A DNA stretch of 64,000 nt from Torpedo marmorata (taxonomy: Eukaryota): the NCBI GenBank assembly GCA_977017645.1, contig OZ360222.1, forward strand, positions 223,386,001 to 223,450,000, written 5' to 3'. A program made the translations under genes and the position numbers. Below, piece after piece: positions 25,101 to 37,509 of the stretch (the first letter of the stretch is position 1; the number at the start of each line of letters is the position of its first letter). Under the pieces are notes generated by a model. That model searched no databases. It had not been told where the DNA came from and saw only the letters and a list, made by a program, of their open reading frames with translations.

Positions 25101-25435
25101 ACAATGTTCCACGAATAAAATGTTCCCTCAAAATTGAAGATAAGAATTACAGATGGAATCCCGTTTGCAATCTGCAGTGTCGGTTAGCATACTTGAACTT
25201 TCAGTTCAGTATTTTTCAAAATAACTCATTTGAAACTCATTAATATTTGTTCTATTCTACTGCATGATCGATATGTGAATGGATAAATAACATAACAGCT
25301 CTTCACCCTGAACCAAAAGAGTAGCGTAAAAAGACAGAACACCAAAACATGGCAAACTTGAACTATCCTCTTCTAATTGTACTGTTAACCATTTGGGGGC
25401 AGTTATAAGGGAGGGGTAAACTTTTGCTTTGATTA

Positions 25436-26042
25436 CACTGGGCAACGAAGATTTCGCTTCCCGAACACTTTTGGGTGTATTTTATGGATTTTGGGCTGCC
25501 GATCACGAAAATCACCTTAAAAATTTCCTATCACATACCGTTTTTTAGATATAACCTATTTTTGTGATTTCCTGTCGTATTTTAAGTCTACTAGTATATT
25601 GCCCACAAATGAAGTCATTGAAAATTAATTTTCTGCATTCGCACTTGGACTTCTTCCCTGCTGATCTTGGTGCAGTCAGTGACGAACATGGTGAAAGGTT
25701 TCACCAGGACATTGCGACCATGGAAAAACAGTATCAGGGCAACTGGAATCCATCAATGCTGGCCAACTACTGTTGGATACTGACAGGAGAGGCATCAGAT
25801 TCTGAGTACAAACGAAAATCAGCGGCAAAACATTTTTGGGTCAGTTGAACTAACGCAATGTGTCAGCATCATTATGCGATTAAACATGCAAAATTCAATA
25901 AAAGGTAATTTAATGTTTCTCCCCAATTCCTACGTGAGACAGTACATCTGAAATTATCTTTGTGTTCAGCTTGAAGTTGTTAATCAAAATCCCCAATTTT
26001 TCTTCAGGAAGCAAACCTTATGAAAACATTTGTTGGCCAGTG
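25436..26042 (+). mobile_element. Internally deleted DNA transposon, probably Chapaev (Chapaev3-like), retaining the transposase C-terminus
   Basis: TIRs CACTGGGCAAC and GTTGGCCAGTG (CAC...GTG ends). ORF 25564-25848 contains SLKINFLHSHLDFFPADLGAVSDEHGERFHQDI...YQG.W...MLANYCW. TSD is not intact (TTA left, AGA right). Confidence 0.7.
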
Positions 26043-27385
26043 AGAACACCGGGATTAAGGAAAGATTGAGGTCCCAAATCTATTTTTATATTCTGAGTTT
26101 CAAAACAGGTTGCTATCGGACAAGAGGTTCACCGAAGTAACTCAGTGCAGGTACAAAGGGGGTTTTAGTTTTAGCGATTTAAGTGAAAATAACCATTTAG
26201 ATAATTCCGACCAAAAGACTGGCTTCTGGAAGAGATTGGTTTTTATCAGTACTCTATGGAGGATCTGTAATTGTTATAACTTTAACTGCATTCCTGCGCT
26301 AAATCGGAACGAGTTTTGGTTCTTAAACGTGTTGCGTTTTACGTTACAAGGAGCAATTAAAATATTTCACATCAGCAAATGAATACCGCCCTCCAGCAGT
26401 TTAAATCGTTGTGCTAGTGCTGGAGATGAAAATGCAGCAAAACAATTTTTTTTCTTGATTCATGTCACCTTTTTTTGCAAGTCATTTGCTTTAACAGCCA
26501 AATAATTTAAGTCTGCTAGTGGTTTAACCTTAAATCTGATAATTCCATTACCACAGAAATTGTCAATTCCTGTCATCTCACTTCCTTCATCTTACACCAG
26601 GCAACTATTAAACCTAGTGACCATTAAACAAAATATAGCAACGCCCGGTCGTTTATTTGTCAGCATATAATTAATATGCAGGGAATGCAGTTAACTCTCG
26701 GAAGTCTTTTCAAGTGTGTCCGTCTGTTCTGATGGCGCTTTCTTCTACTTTCCATCCTTTTAAACGCCTTTATGCTGTTCTGTTTCTCTTATCCTTCAGG
26801 GGACGGGTTACTATCCGCCGTTTATTTTTAAATTAACAGATAATATGGGGAGATAAAATCCATCGTTTCCAACGGCACCACCTCAGCCCATTGAATGTAA
26901 GACTTCTTCGATTTTATTAACTTTTAAAAAAATACTTTTTTCCTCAGGTTCTATTTGTGTTGCAAATATAAAACATGAATTCTCTAGTATGTTTTATTTA
27001 TTACTTATTGTAGCCATGTGTTCAATCCCGCTACTGTGGAAGACCTGTCACCTCTTTGGTTGAACGGTTGAAAAATCCATCACCATGTTAAACACAAAAC
27101 CGTCCTAAAACACCATTTTTCCTGCCAAGCGAATTACTGGATTCGGAAGAAAGCACGCAAGTTAATTGATCGTCACGATCTTACACGTCTAGTCTGGAGT
27201 TAATCTACCTGTCTGACAGTGGATCCCTTGGTACACAGTTCTGGAATAAGACCCCTGCTACCAAAATATTGGAGGAACATCTCAAATATATGTATTAAAT
27301 TTATGAATTTCTTGTAAATATCCAACCAATCGAGGATTTAATTACATAAGATAAAGCAACAGAGGTCTATGGCGGTATATTCATG

Positions 27386-27473
27386 GATCACAGTAATAGA
27401 TATGATATCTTATCATATGGTTCTGAATTGATCACAGTAATAGATATGATATCTTATATGGTTCTGAATTGAT
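27386..27473 (+). repeat. Tandem dimer (44 bp and 41 bp), copy 2 of the 82-bp repeat
   Basis: Two units that differ by a 3-nt deletion. The repeat runs a few bases further here than in copy 1. Confidence 0.95.
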
Positions 27474-29399
27474 GTGACAATTGCTGCTTACTAATGTCAT
27501 TTGCAACAATGTCTAAAAGGAAGTTATGGTTTTAATGAAAATATCACTGGGGAATGGAACTCCAATTCCAATTCATACAGAGAGACTACTGCAGTTGAAT
27601 GGAAAGTAAAGTACTGTTCTACCAACATGCCAAAGTACCATGCATTTTCACAATTTCTTCAGAACCCTATGACTATTTGGAATTAGATTCCCCATTTGGG
27701 GGCAACAAATGGTCAGTTTTGCATTATTGTTCAATACACACTCGAAACTGAATTGGTGCTACCCATATATATTTTACAATAGACTCAGCCAAGGAGAAAG
27801 AATATCCATCTCATTTTGACAAAATGTAAAGGTGAAAATTTGTCTAATTTAACGTCACCTACTTGCCAAAATAATTTATTTAAGCATATGTAGTGAATGA
27901 AAACAATATTTTGTAGTTTACCATTAAAGGGGAATTAATCCAAGAGGCATTGCAGTTTACTAGAGTCAATGGCTTTCCATTATTCAAGTAGTTAATCTGA
28001 TTTTTACTGTATGGCACTCATTCACATACATTTTCTTTAGGAAAGACACAACTCAGAACAAATGTGAAGATTTATATAGTCATGTTGATAGTGAAGTGAA
28101 TGGGAACATGATTTATTTTATGTTGTAATTTCTTAGTGGGAATATGTCTTCTGTCATGGAAATAACAAAAATGCACTTGTGCACTGTACCAGGGGTGATG
28201 CTAGAATTCTACTTTAGGGAGAGAGCTTTCTATGTATGCTGGGACATACTGCACAACTGAGAAATAGCCTTCGGGTTATTTTGGATGCAAGGCATGACAA
28301 ATGACAAGCATCACTCTCATGATATATGAAAGACACAATGCTTTTTGAAGTGGGTAATGCATTGCTCTGGTATTCAGTACTAGTTGTTGACCCATACAGA
28401 ACCAATGCATTCTCTTAACTCTAGAGTTCACAAGTTTGGTTATCATTGTATTAAGGTCTCTGACATGTTGTGTCCATAGTTGGCTGAATGCTTCATTGAA
28501 CCCATTGCTGAAAGAATGATCTTCACGTTTAGGTGAGACCAACATTATCATTAGCCTGTGTAAATTATCAGACTGTGTTTTTGTGCCATTTTGGTCTTGT
28601 CAACTGAGAATGTTGAAATGCTGATCTTTCAGATGAGAATGGTTGCACGTCAAAAAGAACAAGGAAATGATGAAATGATTTATTACGAGCTCAGTTTATG
28701 AAGAATGTCTTGTACAAATAAAATGCAGTTGGTTCTATTTTTTTACTATTTTATTCCCCACTATTTTTCAAATAAAAACAATGGGGTGATTCTTCCTTGA
28801 CTTGCATCTTACATAAGCAAATTGTTAATTGAAACAAAAATATTGTGATTATAACCAAAACCAGTAAACACACTCTTTGAATCATTACAGTGCTTAAGAT
28901 ATTCATTTTATAAAAGCAATGAATGGATTAAATATATTAGAGACTGTTGTTTTCCTGCCAACATCACCCCTTCACAAGCACTCTTCATTTGGAATATTCT
29001 CTTTTGGGATGACATTCAAATGCATCAAAGTTACAGATGCATGAACTCACATGTGCATGTACACACAGAGGCACATATAATCTCCAATTAATGAATATAA
29101 GTATTATTAAAATTCTCTGTGTATATTATCAATTCAATGCCAAAATCCAACCATCATTTCCACTCTTTTGTCATCATAATGTAATAAAATCTTTGAATTA
29201 TTTGCTCTGAATGATTATTTGGATAATTTTTCCCAGCTGAAGGATTTTACCTTGAAATTTGTGTCAGTTATGGAACCGTTTATTTAGTAAGCAGTGGGCT
29301 TTACATTCACCAAACCTAATTACAAAGGCACTTCATACTGAGAAATAATTTTGATTGATCATGATCTTTGAATTAAATCCTGCTTTAAATCTTTACCAG

Positions 29400-29620
29400 C
29401 ATGAAAAGCCAATGTAGCAACTCCTGCATTTGCAGGGGAAAGTGCCAGGGGTCGTGGAGGAGGGGTGGGAAATGGGTAAGGAGGGAGTGAGTCACAGAGT
29501 GGTCCCTGTGGAAGGCAGAAAGGTGGGATCTCATCGTAGCTGGCAGAATTATAAACAATTACATGTTGGATGTGTAGGCCAGTAAGATGAAAGGTGAGGA
29601 TATGGGGATCTTTATCTCCA
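29400..29620 (-). mobile_element. Penelope-like fragment (linker between RT and endonuclease)
   Basis: DKDPHILTFHLTGLHIQHVI resembles the DRVPLVLTFHP..L.IQ.II motif of this family. Confidence 0.55.
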
Positions 29621-31319
29621 TCAGGAATATGACTTTCATAAAAAGTAGCTACTGTAATGTAGCTTTGTAACACAAAGTGAATGAGAAACACCAGATATAG
29701 ATGGCCTATGCATGTATATACATATACTATGTATATACAAACTCTCCTTCCATAGTTGCTTTAATGTTGTGTTTTGTAAGTTTGCTTCTCACTGCTGCAG
29801 TCCCTATTATGAGACACAAATTCAAGAAAAGCAAGAGGTACCTCCTGTTCCTGAACATCATATGAAATATTACAATTACTTTCAGCAGTTTATTCTCTCC
29901 CACCAACATTGAAGGTCACAAAATCATAAAGTTCATAACTGTATATACAAACCAGGAAACTATCTATGAAGAAAGTCTACAATCTCTTGGATCTTGATAA
30001 TCTATCATTTAAAAAAATTATATTAGGGCTGTGTTATCTGAAATTCCAATCAATGTTTTGATCAAACTTTGTCTGAAGAATGCCTTGCTAAACTTGTTTG
30101 ACTTGATTTTGACTGATGTGAACCTGTGCACCCTCTTCATAGCTTCTTTGAAACTATATATTTTGTCCATATTTCTTATCCATGATTCAGTTGTATTTGA
30201 GAAAAAAATGGATATAAAGTCCATCTTGCTCTAGCTGATGACCTTTTCCTTGAATAATTTCAAGCCACCTGGAATTGCAAACAAAAAGCAACTCTTTGGT
30301 AGGTCTCACCACCCCAAAAGATAGTATTGCTGTTCAATTCAAAGCTCATGCATAACAGTAAATAATTCATTAGTTTACTACCAGGCTCCATAGTGTATTT
30401 ACCTACTGACCCACTTAGAATATTCCATCAAATATTGCAATAACTAGAACCAGCAAGTTTATTCTCTCTTGTTGTAGATGCTAACTGATCTGTTAATTAT
30501 TTCTCCATTTTGTTTTATTTCATATTGCTAGCAACTGCAGTATTTTGCTTTGGATTATTGTTCACTACTATTTTCTTCCAGGAATATCATCATGAAGAAG
30601 CTTTGCTCTTCTGTCGGATGGCATTTCTATTTGTTTCTTTAATCTTGTTCGCCCTCATTGGTTTTTGTGCTCCTCCCCACTTTCTCTGTAACTTTAAAGT
30701 GTGTTTATCTCTAACTTTTCCCACCTCTGATGCATGGACATCAGTCTGCTTCTGTCTCCAAAACACTTGCAAAGCACTTCCAGCACTTTCTGTTTTTATT
30801 TCATATTTCCAGCACGTGTAATAGATTGCTTTTGGATCATTCTTTTTCCCTTACTCACTAAAAATATGTTTGTAATTAAATAGACAAATAACACAATGAT
30901 AATTAGCCTTTAAATGGCACCTCTGGCATACTGTTGCCCATTAATGCCCATTATTGAACAATCTAAGTCACAGGAAATGTTGGGACATATCACCAGATAC
31001 ATGGCCTTAGAAGCAATGGTTAAATGAGGATCTCAAGGCAGAAGAAGCAATTTAGGGAGCAAAAATCAGATCATAGGGTTTATACCAAGGTGGCACCACA
31101 CAGGTTCAAACAAGTAAAACTGGGGTCACCCAAGAGGGTTGGGAATTGGAAAGCACAGAAAGTATTGAAGAGTATAGAACAGAGAACATTATATTGAATG
31201 TAGTGTTTGAAAACCAGTGTGAGAATTGTAAAATTAACATAGCCATGGAACTAAATTAATACATGACTGTGTATTCATGGGTGAGAGTTCAATGTCTGAA
31301 TTCTGTGACTTTTCCCAAC

Positions 31320-33345
31320 TAGGCTTCCTGCATCCAAAATTCACAATGAACTCTCTGCATTGCAGAAACCAAACACAGGTGGGCGATTGTTTTGTAGAGT
31401 GCCTGTGTTTGCAGGATTGATCCTGAACTTTCTGTTGCCTGCCACGTTATGTCTCCATCCAACTCCCACTTTTTTTTTCTTTTCAATATTTTTATTAGAT
31501 TTTTATATAAGAATACATACAAAAAAAGATTGATGCATAACAATGATACAACTGTAACAAAGTAAGCAAACTCGCTATAACATATTTTTTTACATTATGC
31601 AACACTATTAATTCAAAGATAAAGTGGAAAAGAGAAGAAGAAAAAAAAATTATTTTATAATCCAAACCCCAAACCATTCCAAAGTTGCATGGCTAATATA
31701 AAGTAAAAATAAAAATAAACGCAAATCCACAAGGATCACAGATTACTTAATTATCATTACCATTAAAGGATATGAAAATAGTTCAGAAAGGAGCCCCAAA
31801 GATTTGAAAATTTTAGATTTAAAACAATTGTTGAACATCTAATTTTCTCCAAAGTTAAATATGACATCAAATCATGTAACCATTGATTATGAGTGGGCGG
31901 GGCAGTATCTTTCCATCTGATCAAAATAACACTTCTAAGATTAGGTAGAGCCAAACCTCCATTCTTTTTGAGATTTTGGAGATAAACTTTATTTAAACGA
32001 GGACATTTATTTTTCCAAATATATGAAGATATAATAGAATCAGGTGAGTCAAAAAAAGATTTAGGAACAAAAATTGGAATAGCTTGAAAAATATATAAAA
32101 ATTTGGGTAAAATATTCATCTTAATAACATTAATTCATCTGATTAAGGACATCGAAAGAGGAGACCACTGAGATAAAGATTTCTTCACCTGATTTAACAG
32201 AGCAAAAAAATTTCCTTAAACAGATGTTTGTGATTCATAGTAATTGTTACACCAAGGTATCTAAATTGGCTTTTAGCAATCTTAAAAGGTAAAACAGTGT
32301 GTAAAGGCTCTGGAGTGTTCAAAAAAAATAGTTCACTCTTTTGTAAATTTAATTTGTATCCTAAAAATTGACCAAATTGATGGAGTAATGTTAATATAGC
32401 AGGAATGTAAGAATTAAAATCAGATACAAAAAGCAAAAGGTCATCAGCGTAAAGAAAAACTTTATGGATCGACCCCCCCCTAAAAATTCCAAGAATATCC
32501 TGAGATTCTCTAAAGGCAATAGCCAAGGGTTCTAAAGCCAAATTAAACAACAAGGGACTGAGAGGGCAACCCTGTCTGGTCCGACGATAAAGTTTAAAAG
32601 GTTTAGATTGCAAAGAATTGGTAAGAATAGAAGCAACAGGGGATAAGTATAATAACTTAATCCACGAAATAAATGTGAGACAAAAATTAACCCTTTCTAA
32701 TATTGCAAATAAATATTCCCATTCAACTCTGTCAAAGGCTTTTTCAGCATCTAAAGAGATAACGCATTCTGACGAAGAAACAGGAGGGGAATATATAATA
32801 TTGAATAAACGGCGAATATTAAAATGTGAATAACGCTTTTTAATAAAACCCGTCTGGTCCTCAGAAATAATAAGAGGCATAATATTTTCCAATCTGCTGG
32901 CCAAGATTTTAGACAAAATTTTAACATTGACATTTAAAAGAGAAATTGGCCTGTAGAGGCGCAAGCCGACAAATCTTTATTCTTTTTTGGGATAAGAGAG
33001 ATCGTTACATCGTAAAACGTAGTTGGCAAATTCCCAGATTTAAAAGAGTCATAAAATTCTAAGCATAAATAGGGTACCAGTAAGTGGGAAAAGGTTTTAT
33101 ATAACTCACCTGGAAAGCCATCAGGGCCTGGTGCTTTGCCAGATTGTAACGATTTAATAACCATTGTTAGCTCTTCCAACTCCCACTTTAGCCATCTACT
33201 ACAACAATGCTCAAGGCAAGCTTGAGGAACAATACCTCATTTTATATTCTAGATTCAGTGTTCAATTCTCCAACTTTAGGTCACTTGCTGTTTGTCTCTG
33301 TATTCTGACCATTTGTGATATTGGCTTCAGTTTTTCTCTCTGTTA
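31320..33345 (+). mobile_element. Penelope-like fragment split by the 31473-33174 L1
   Basis: Left part at 31320-31472. Right part at 33175-33345 encodes GKLEEQYLI...SVQFSNFR. Confidence 0.55.
31473..33174 (-). mobile_element. 5'-truncated, internally deleted L1-clade LINE
   Basis: Motifs GKAPGPDG, YRPISLLNV, DAEKAFDRVEW, RQGCPLSP, LYADD, RYLGV and an A-rich tail. 15-bp TSD TCCAACTCCCACTTT at 31458-31472 and 33175-33189. Confidence 0.92.
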
Positions 33346-34032
33346 GTACAGCATATGCTGTTAGCAACAAATTATACAAACACAGAAGAATAATCTCCAT
33401 CTAAATGGCCCCCACTTGATCTGCATTTACAATTGTTTGGGAGGTTCTATACTGAGAATCTGTCTTATTTTCAAGAACAAATTGCTCTGCAGTGGCCTTG
33501 GTGATAACCCCGCTTTTAAATTGTGATCCACACTTTGTTCTTCTTTGTATATGAGTAGCAAAATAATAGGATGCTGCAGAAGGTAGATGTCTCACAGATT
33601 TGTGTGGGATGGCCACTGGACATATTTGGAGAGTTTGATTATTAGCAGGCAAATCATAGATATCCTAGAAACTGTTTTATTGTTACTATATTCATCTTCA
33701 ATTGTTGAATAATGGTGCTTTTCCTAATAGCAATATTATGTTGTCCATTATACTATTGATATGCAATACATATAGCCACAAAATATTGATAAAGGGAGTC
33801 ATTCACAACTAATATTGAATATTTTTTCCAACATTTACATGGGATATATTTTTTGGACACAGGAAAGTGAGTTTAACATATAAATATTTTTCTTGCATTG
33901 CTTTAAATTTGTCAGTGTTATTATTTGGAAGGTCTTTTCACTTTACACCTTAGATCTCTTCTTCACTCACTCTTGTCGCCTATTCTCACTATTTTGGCAG
34001 TGCTCACTTTGCAACACTGCTTAACTTCCACA

Positions 34033-34122
34033 TACCACAGAAATTATCTGCCCAAATCAAGAACATTCTTAAAACGCTACCACAGAAATTATCTGCCCAA
34101 AGCAAGAACATTCTTAAAACGC
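34033..34122 (+). repeat. 45-bp tandem duplication, 1 mismatch
   Basis: taccacagaaattatctgcccaaa(t/g)caagaacattcttaaaacgc, twice. Confidence 0.95.
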
Positions 34123-34999
34123 TTTACACGGTTTTCTCTGAATAGACTCCCTTTTTTCTTCCACATGTGTGGACAATGTCAGGCTCCCAGAAACAGCCAG
34201 AAGCAAAACATCTGGAAAAAGACGGTGGGAGCGGGGAGTCAGCAATGGAATGATAAGTAGTGAAGGTGAAAGAGATATTGCATGCTACTTCTTTACATCT
34301 CCCCCTTTTCCTTTTGAAATTAAATAGCAAGGAAATGCATGTATGGTGATTCATTTCCACTCCCAGTGATAAACTGCAGCTGCTTTCACCACCCACTTAG
34401 CTTCTCCCTTTATTTCAGCTGCTACAAGTAGCAACACCTTGTGCTCTGATAGGAAGAGGTAGTTGCCTCACAGCAGACATGGTTTAGTGAGTGCATCATG
34501 CTTATTTTTGAGCATGGCCAGGAGGTTGGACCTCCACATAGGGCACAAGTACTCACAAGGCAAAGCTCTGTGCAGATGTTGCTCAGGGAGGACAAGACTG
34601 CTTACGAGATCTGTTGTTGGAGATTCAAATGTTGCATTCAAGGGCTAAGCTCCTGAAACAAACTCGGGGGAAGTTAGCAAACCGTTCTATCTGACATGGA
34701 ATAAGTAAAGAGATGCTTGCATGTGACAGAGATGGCTGTATGGCTGATGAGATGCCAAGCAAAAGAGGGGTCTGGACTGTTTGACTAACTTCTCTTATGA
34801 TGCTACCATAACCATTTCTATGTAATGCATTCCATATATACTGATCGTTGGCATATTATAACATATTATAACATACTCTTCCAATTTGTTAGTGTGCCAG
34901 AGTGTGCAGATGAATGATCAGGTGCTGCAGTCTGCACCTTGAGTCCTCACAATTCAAAGTTGCTTGAAGTTAGCCAAAACTGTCATCTGAAGAATCTTC

Positions 35000-35307
35000 T
35001 TTCTTTCTTTTTAAAATATTTTTATTGAGTTTCAAGAAATAAACATTTATACAGAATAACAAGTTAAGAAAAACATTTGAAAAATCATCTGGTGTTTATA
35101 CATGTATTAAAAAAAAACCAAATAAGTCATATTGACCAAGTTCTAAATTCAAGTTAAAACTCTTATTCAGTGTAAATATTCTAAAATAAAGAATAATCCA
35201 AAATAAAAGAAAAAGAAAAAAAAAACAAGAACAAAAAAAAGGAAAAACCGCTAATAACTATTCTAATCTAACCCCTCCCTCTAAACAAGGTTACTTTTAT
35301 ATTGAAA
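35000..35307 (-). mobile_element. L1-like 3' UTR-only insertion
   Basis: A-rich tail with AATAAA on the minus strand, similar in layout to the 3' end at 31473. 10-bp TSD AAGAATCTTC at 34990-34999 and 35308-35317. Confidence 0.75.
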
Positions 35308-36794
35308 AAGAATCTTCAAGAGTAACTGCGTAGCCTTCCATCTTCCAAGCTGTACTCATTGAAAAGAGGTTTTGTAGGAGCACTGAGGATGATAATGAGT
35401 TTATTATCATATGTATTGTTCAAAGTACATATGCACTGAAATTCTTATTTGCTGCAGCTGAACAGGTACTTTGATAAATGAGGCAGGACACTGGATTGTT
35501 TTGGAAAGATGATGCTGTAATGTATGATGAAATAGAAGTTATTAGTTAACATAACTAAATATTAGTTATTTCTGGGAGTTGGTTTGGAGTTCATAATTAT
35601 AATGACCTAAAAGATTAGACTGAAGGCTCATGAGGTTGGACTAAAGAGAATCAATTGGATACCAGCAATGATAAAGATTGCAGGACTATTGGCTTATTGA
35701 AAGTTGGGATGATTCACTTGAATTGTTTTTGGAAATGTTGTAGAAATGAGACAGGTGAAGGTTAATGCTGCTTTCACCCTTTTCTCCTCCTTGGTACCTG
35801 AGTGTTATAATGGCAAAGTAATGCAGCAAATAACTCCACATCTGGATTCACAGCAGTGTGTCACAATGCTTCTAGCAATAGAGGCATTGCTTGAGCATGC
35901 AGTCTGGTTGATGATATGTCTTGTGTTAGCAAGGCTCTTCTTGCCTATCATTTCTATGGCTGTGACTGGTGACTATTGTCACAAGCTATTTCTGAAGAGA
36001 ATTCACCTTGACACCTAGAGGCCAGGCTGCAGCCTGATTACCTGGTTAGCATTAGGAGATGTAGAGGATTCATGAATCACAATTGCTGCTCAGCAGCCTG
36101 GCACAGATACAGTATAATGAACTGCCTGTATTCAGACAAGGGCATTAATGAGTAGAATTTCTTGCAGTTCATATAGATACAAGATCATGATGGGAAAAAA
36201 ACACAAGGTAATATGGTTGCAGTCCATTATATCTTGGCCCTGTGCAAAGTCGACAAGACCAGAAGAGTGTATTAGTCTCTCCTCCTTATTTCATTGTGTT
36301 TTTTTTTGTAAATATAGATGTTTTACCCAGTGTGGCAAGTATCAGTGATTTCCTCATCACAGCAACTGGGTGATGTTGCCACTGAAACCTACAAAGGTCC
36401 TATTTTATAAGAGTAAAGAATCATCATAAATAAGACAACAAAATACAATGCATTCCGTGTCCTGGTTTGAAGCTCCAGTTCAGACTGCAGCAGATAACAT
36501 AACTCCGTTATTTACCATTGGTTAAGTAATGGCACCTGGAACATTGCTTTTCTGTGAATTGGAGGTCTGAGAAGTGCTTCCTCATGATCTCCCGTGGGCA
36601 TGGCTCTGTATATAGTGCCCCACCCTCTTCTTCCAGCTACTTGTCTTCTTGGTGGTATTCATCAATCTTCCTAATGCACTGTTTGTCAGCTCCCAAACGC
36701 TGACTTATTGGAACATTTATGACATCAATTAAAGTATTTTGAAGGCAAACAGTATAACTCCAGTATTAGAAAAATAAGTGTGAGTAAACCTGCA

Positions 36795-37509
36795 TTTGAT
36801 TGTAAACAAAACGAAAGAGTTGGTTATCGACTTCAGAAGGGCCCGGGGGGATCATTCTCCATTGACCATGCACGGCTCTACCGTTGAGGTCGTAAAGAGT
36901 ACCAAGTTTCTTGGAGTGCACTTGGCGGAGAGTCTCAGCTGGTCCCTCAACACCAGTTCCATAGTCAAGAAAGCCCAGCAGCGTCTTTACTTCCTGCGAA
37001 GGCTGAGGAAAGTTCATCTCCCACCCCCTATCCTTACTACATTCTACAGGGGATGTATTGAGAGTATTCTGAGCAATTACATCACCGCTTGGTTTGGAAA
37101 CTGTACCATCTCGGACCGAAAGACCCTGCAGAGGATAATGGGGTCAGCGGAGAAAATTATTGGAGTCTCTCTCCCCACCATGACGGACTCTACAACACAC
37201 GATGCATGAGGAAGGCTAAAAACATTGTGAAGGACTTCTCACACCCCTTTGGTAAACTGTTTTCCCTTTTGCCATCTGGAAGGAGGTACCGAAGCACTCG
37301 GCTCGTACGTCCAGACTGTGCAACAGTTTTTTCCCCCAAGCCATCAGGCTCCTCAATTCCTAGATATATATGTGTATTAGCATGTTATAGTTTTTCTATT
37401 GTATTATGATATTTATGTACATCTGCCCATGGTCCTGGAGAAACGCTATCTCGTCTTACTGTGTATATGGTAATGAACGACAAATAAAGGTGACTTGACT
37501 TGACTTGAC
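36795..37509 (+). mobile_element. Rex1/Babar-like LINE, 3' fragment
   Basis: KTKELVIDFRR...KFLGVHL...KKAQQRLYFLRRL...FYRGCIESIL...WFG, then AATAAA and a (GACTT)n tail. Confidence 0.85.

Noticed and set aside
24013-27473. Repeat units considered as a CRISPR array or as LTRs of a 3.3-kb element
   Set aside because: Eukaryotic DNA, no spacers or cas genes; no TG...CA ends, PBS, PPT or coding interior.
28620-28725. Acceptor-like tctttcag followed by AATAAA on the plus strand
   Set aside because: Such motifs are common in AT-rich DNA; no upstream exon can be supported.
33925-34260. 111-aa ORF with an internal peptide repeat
   Set aside because: The repeat is just the 45-bp tandem duplication; TTG start and no coding signal.
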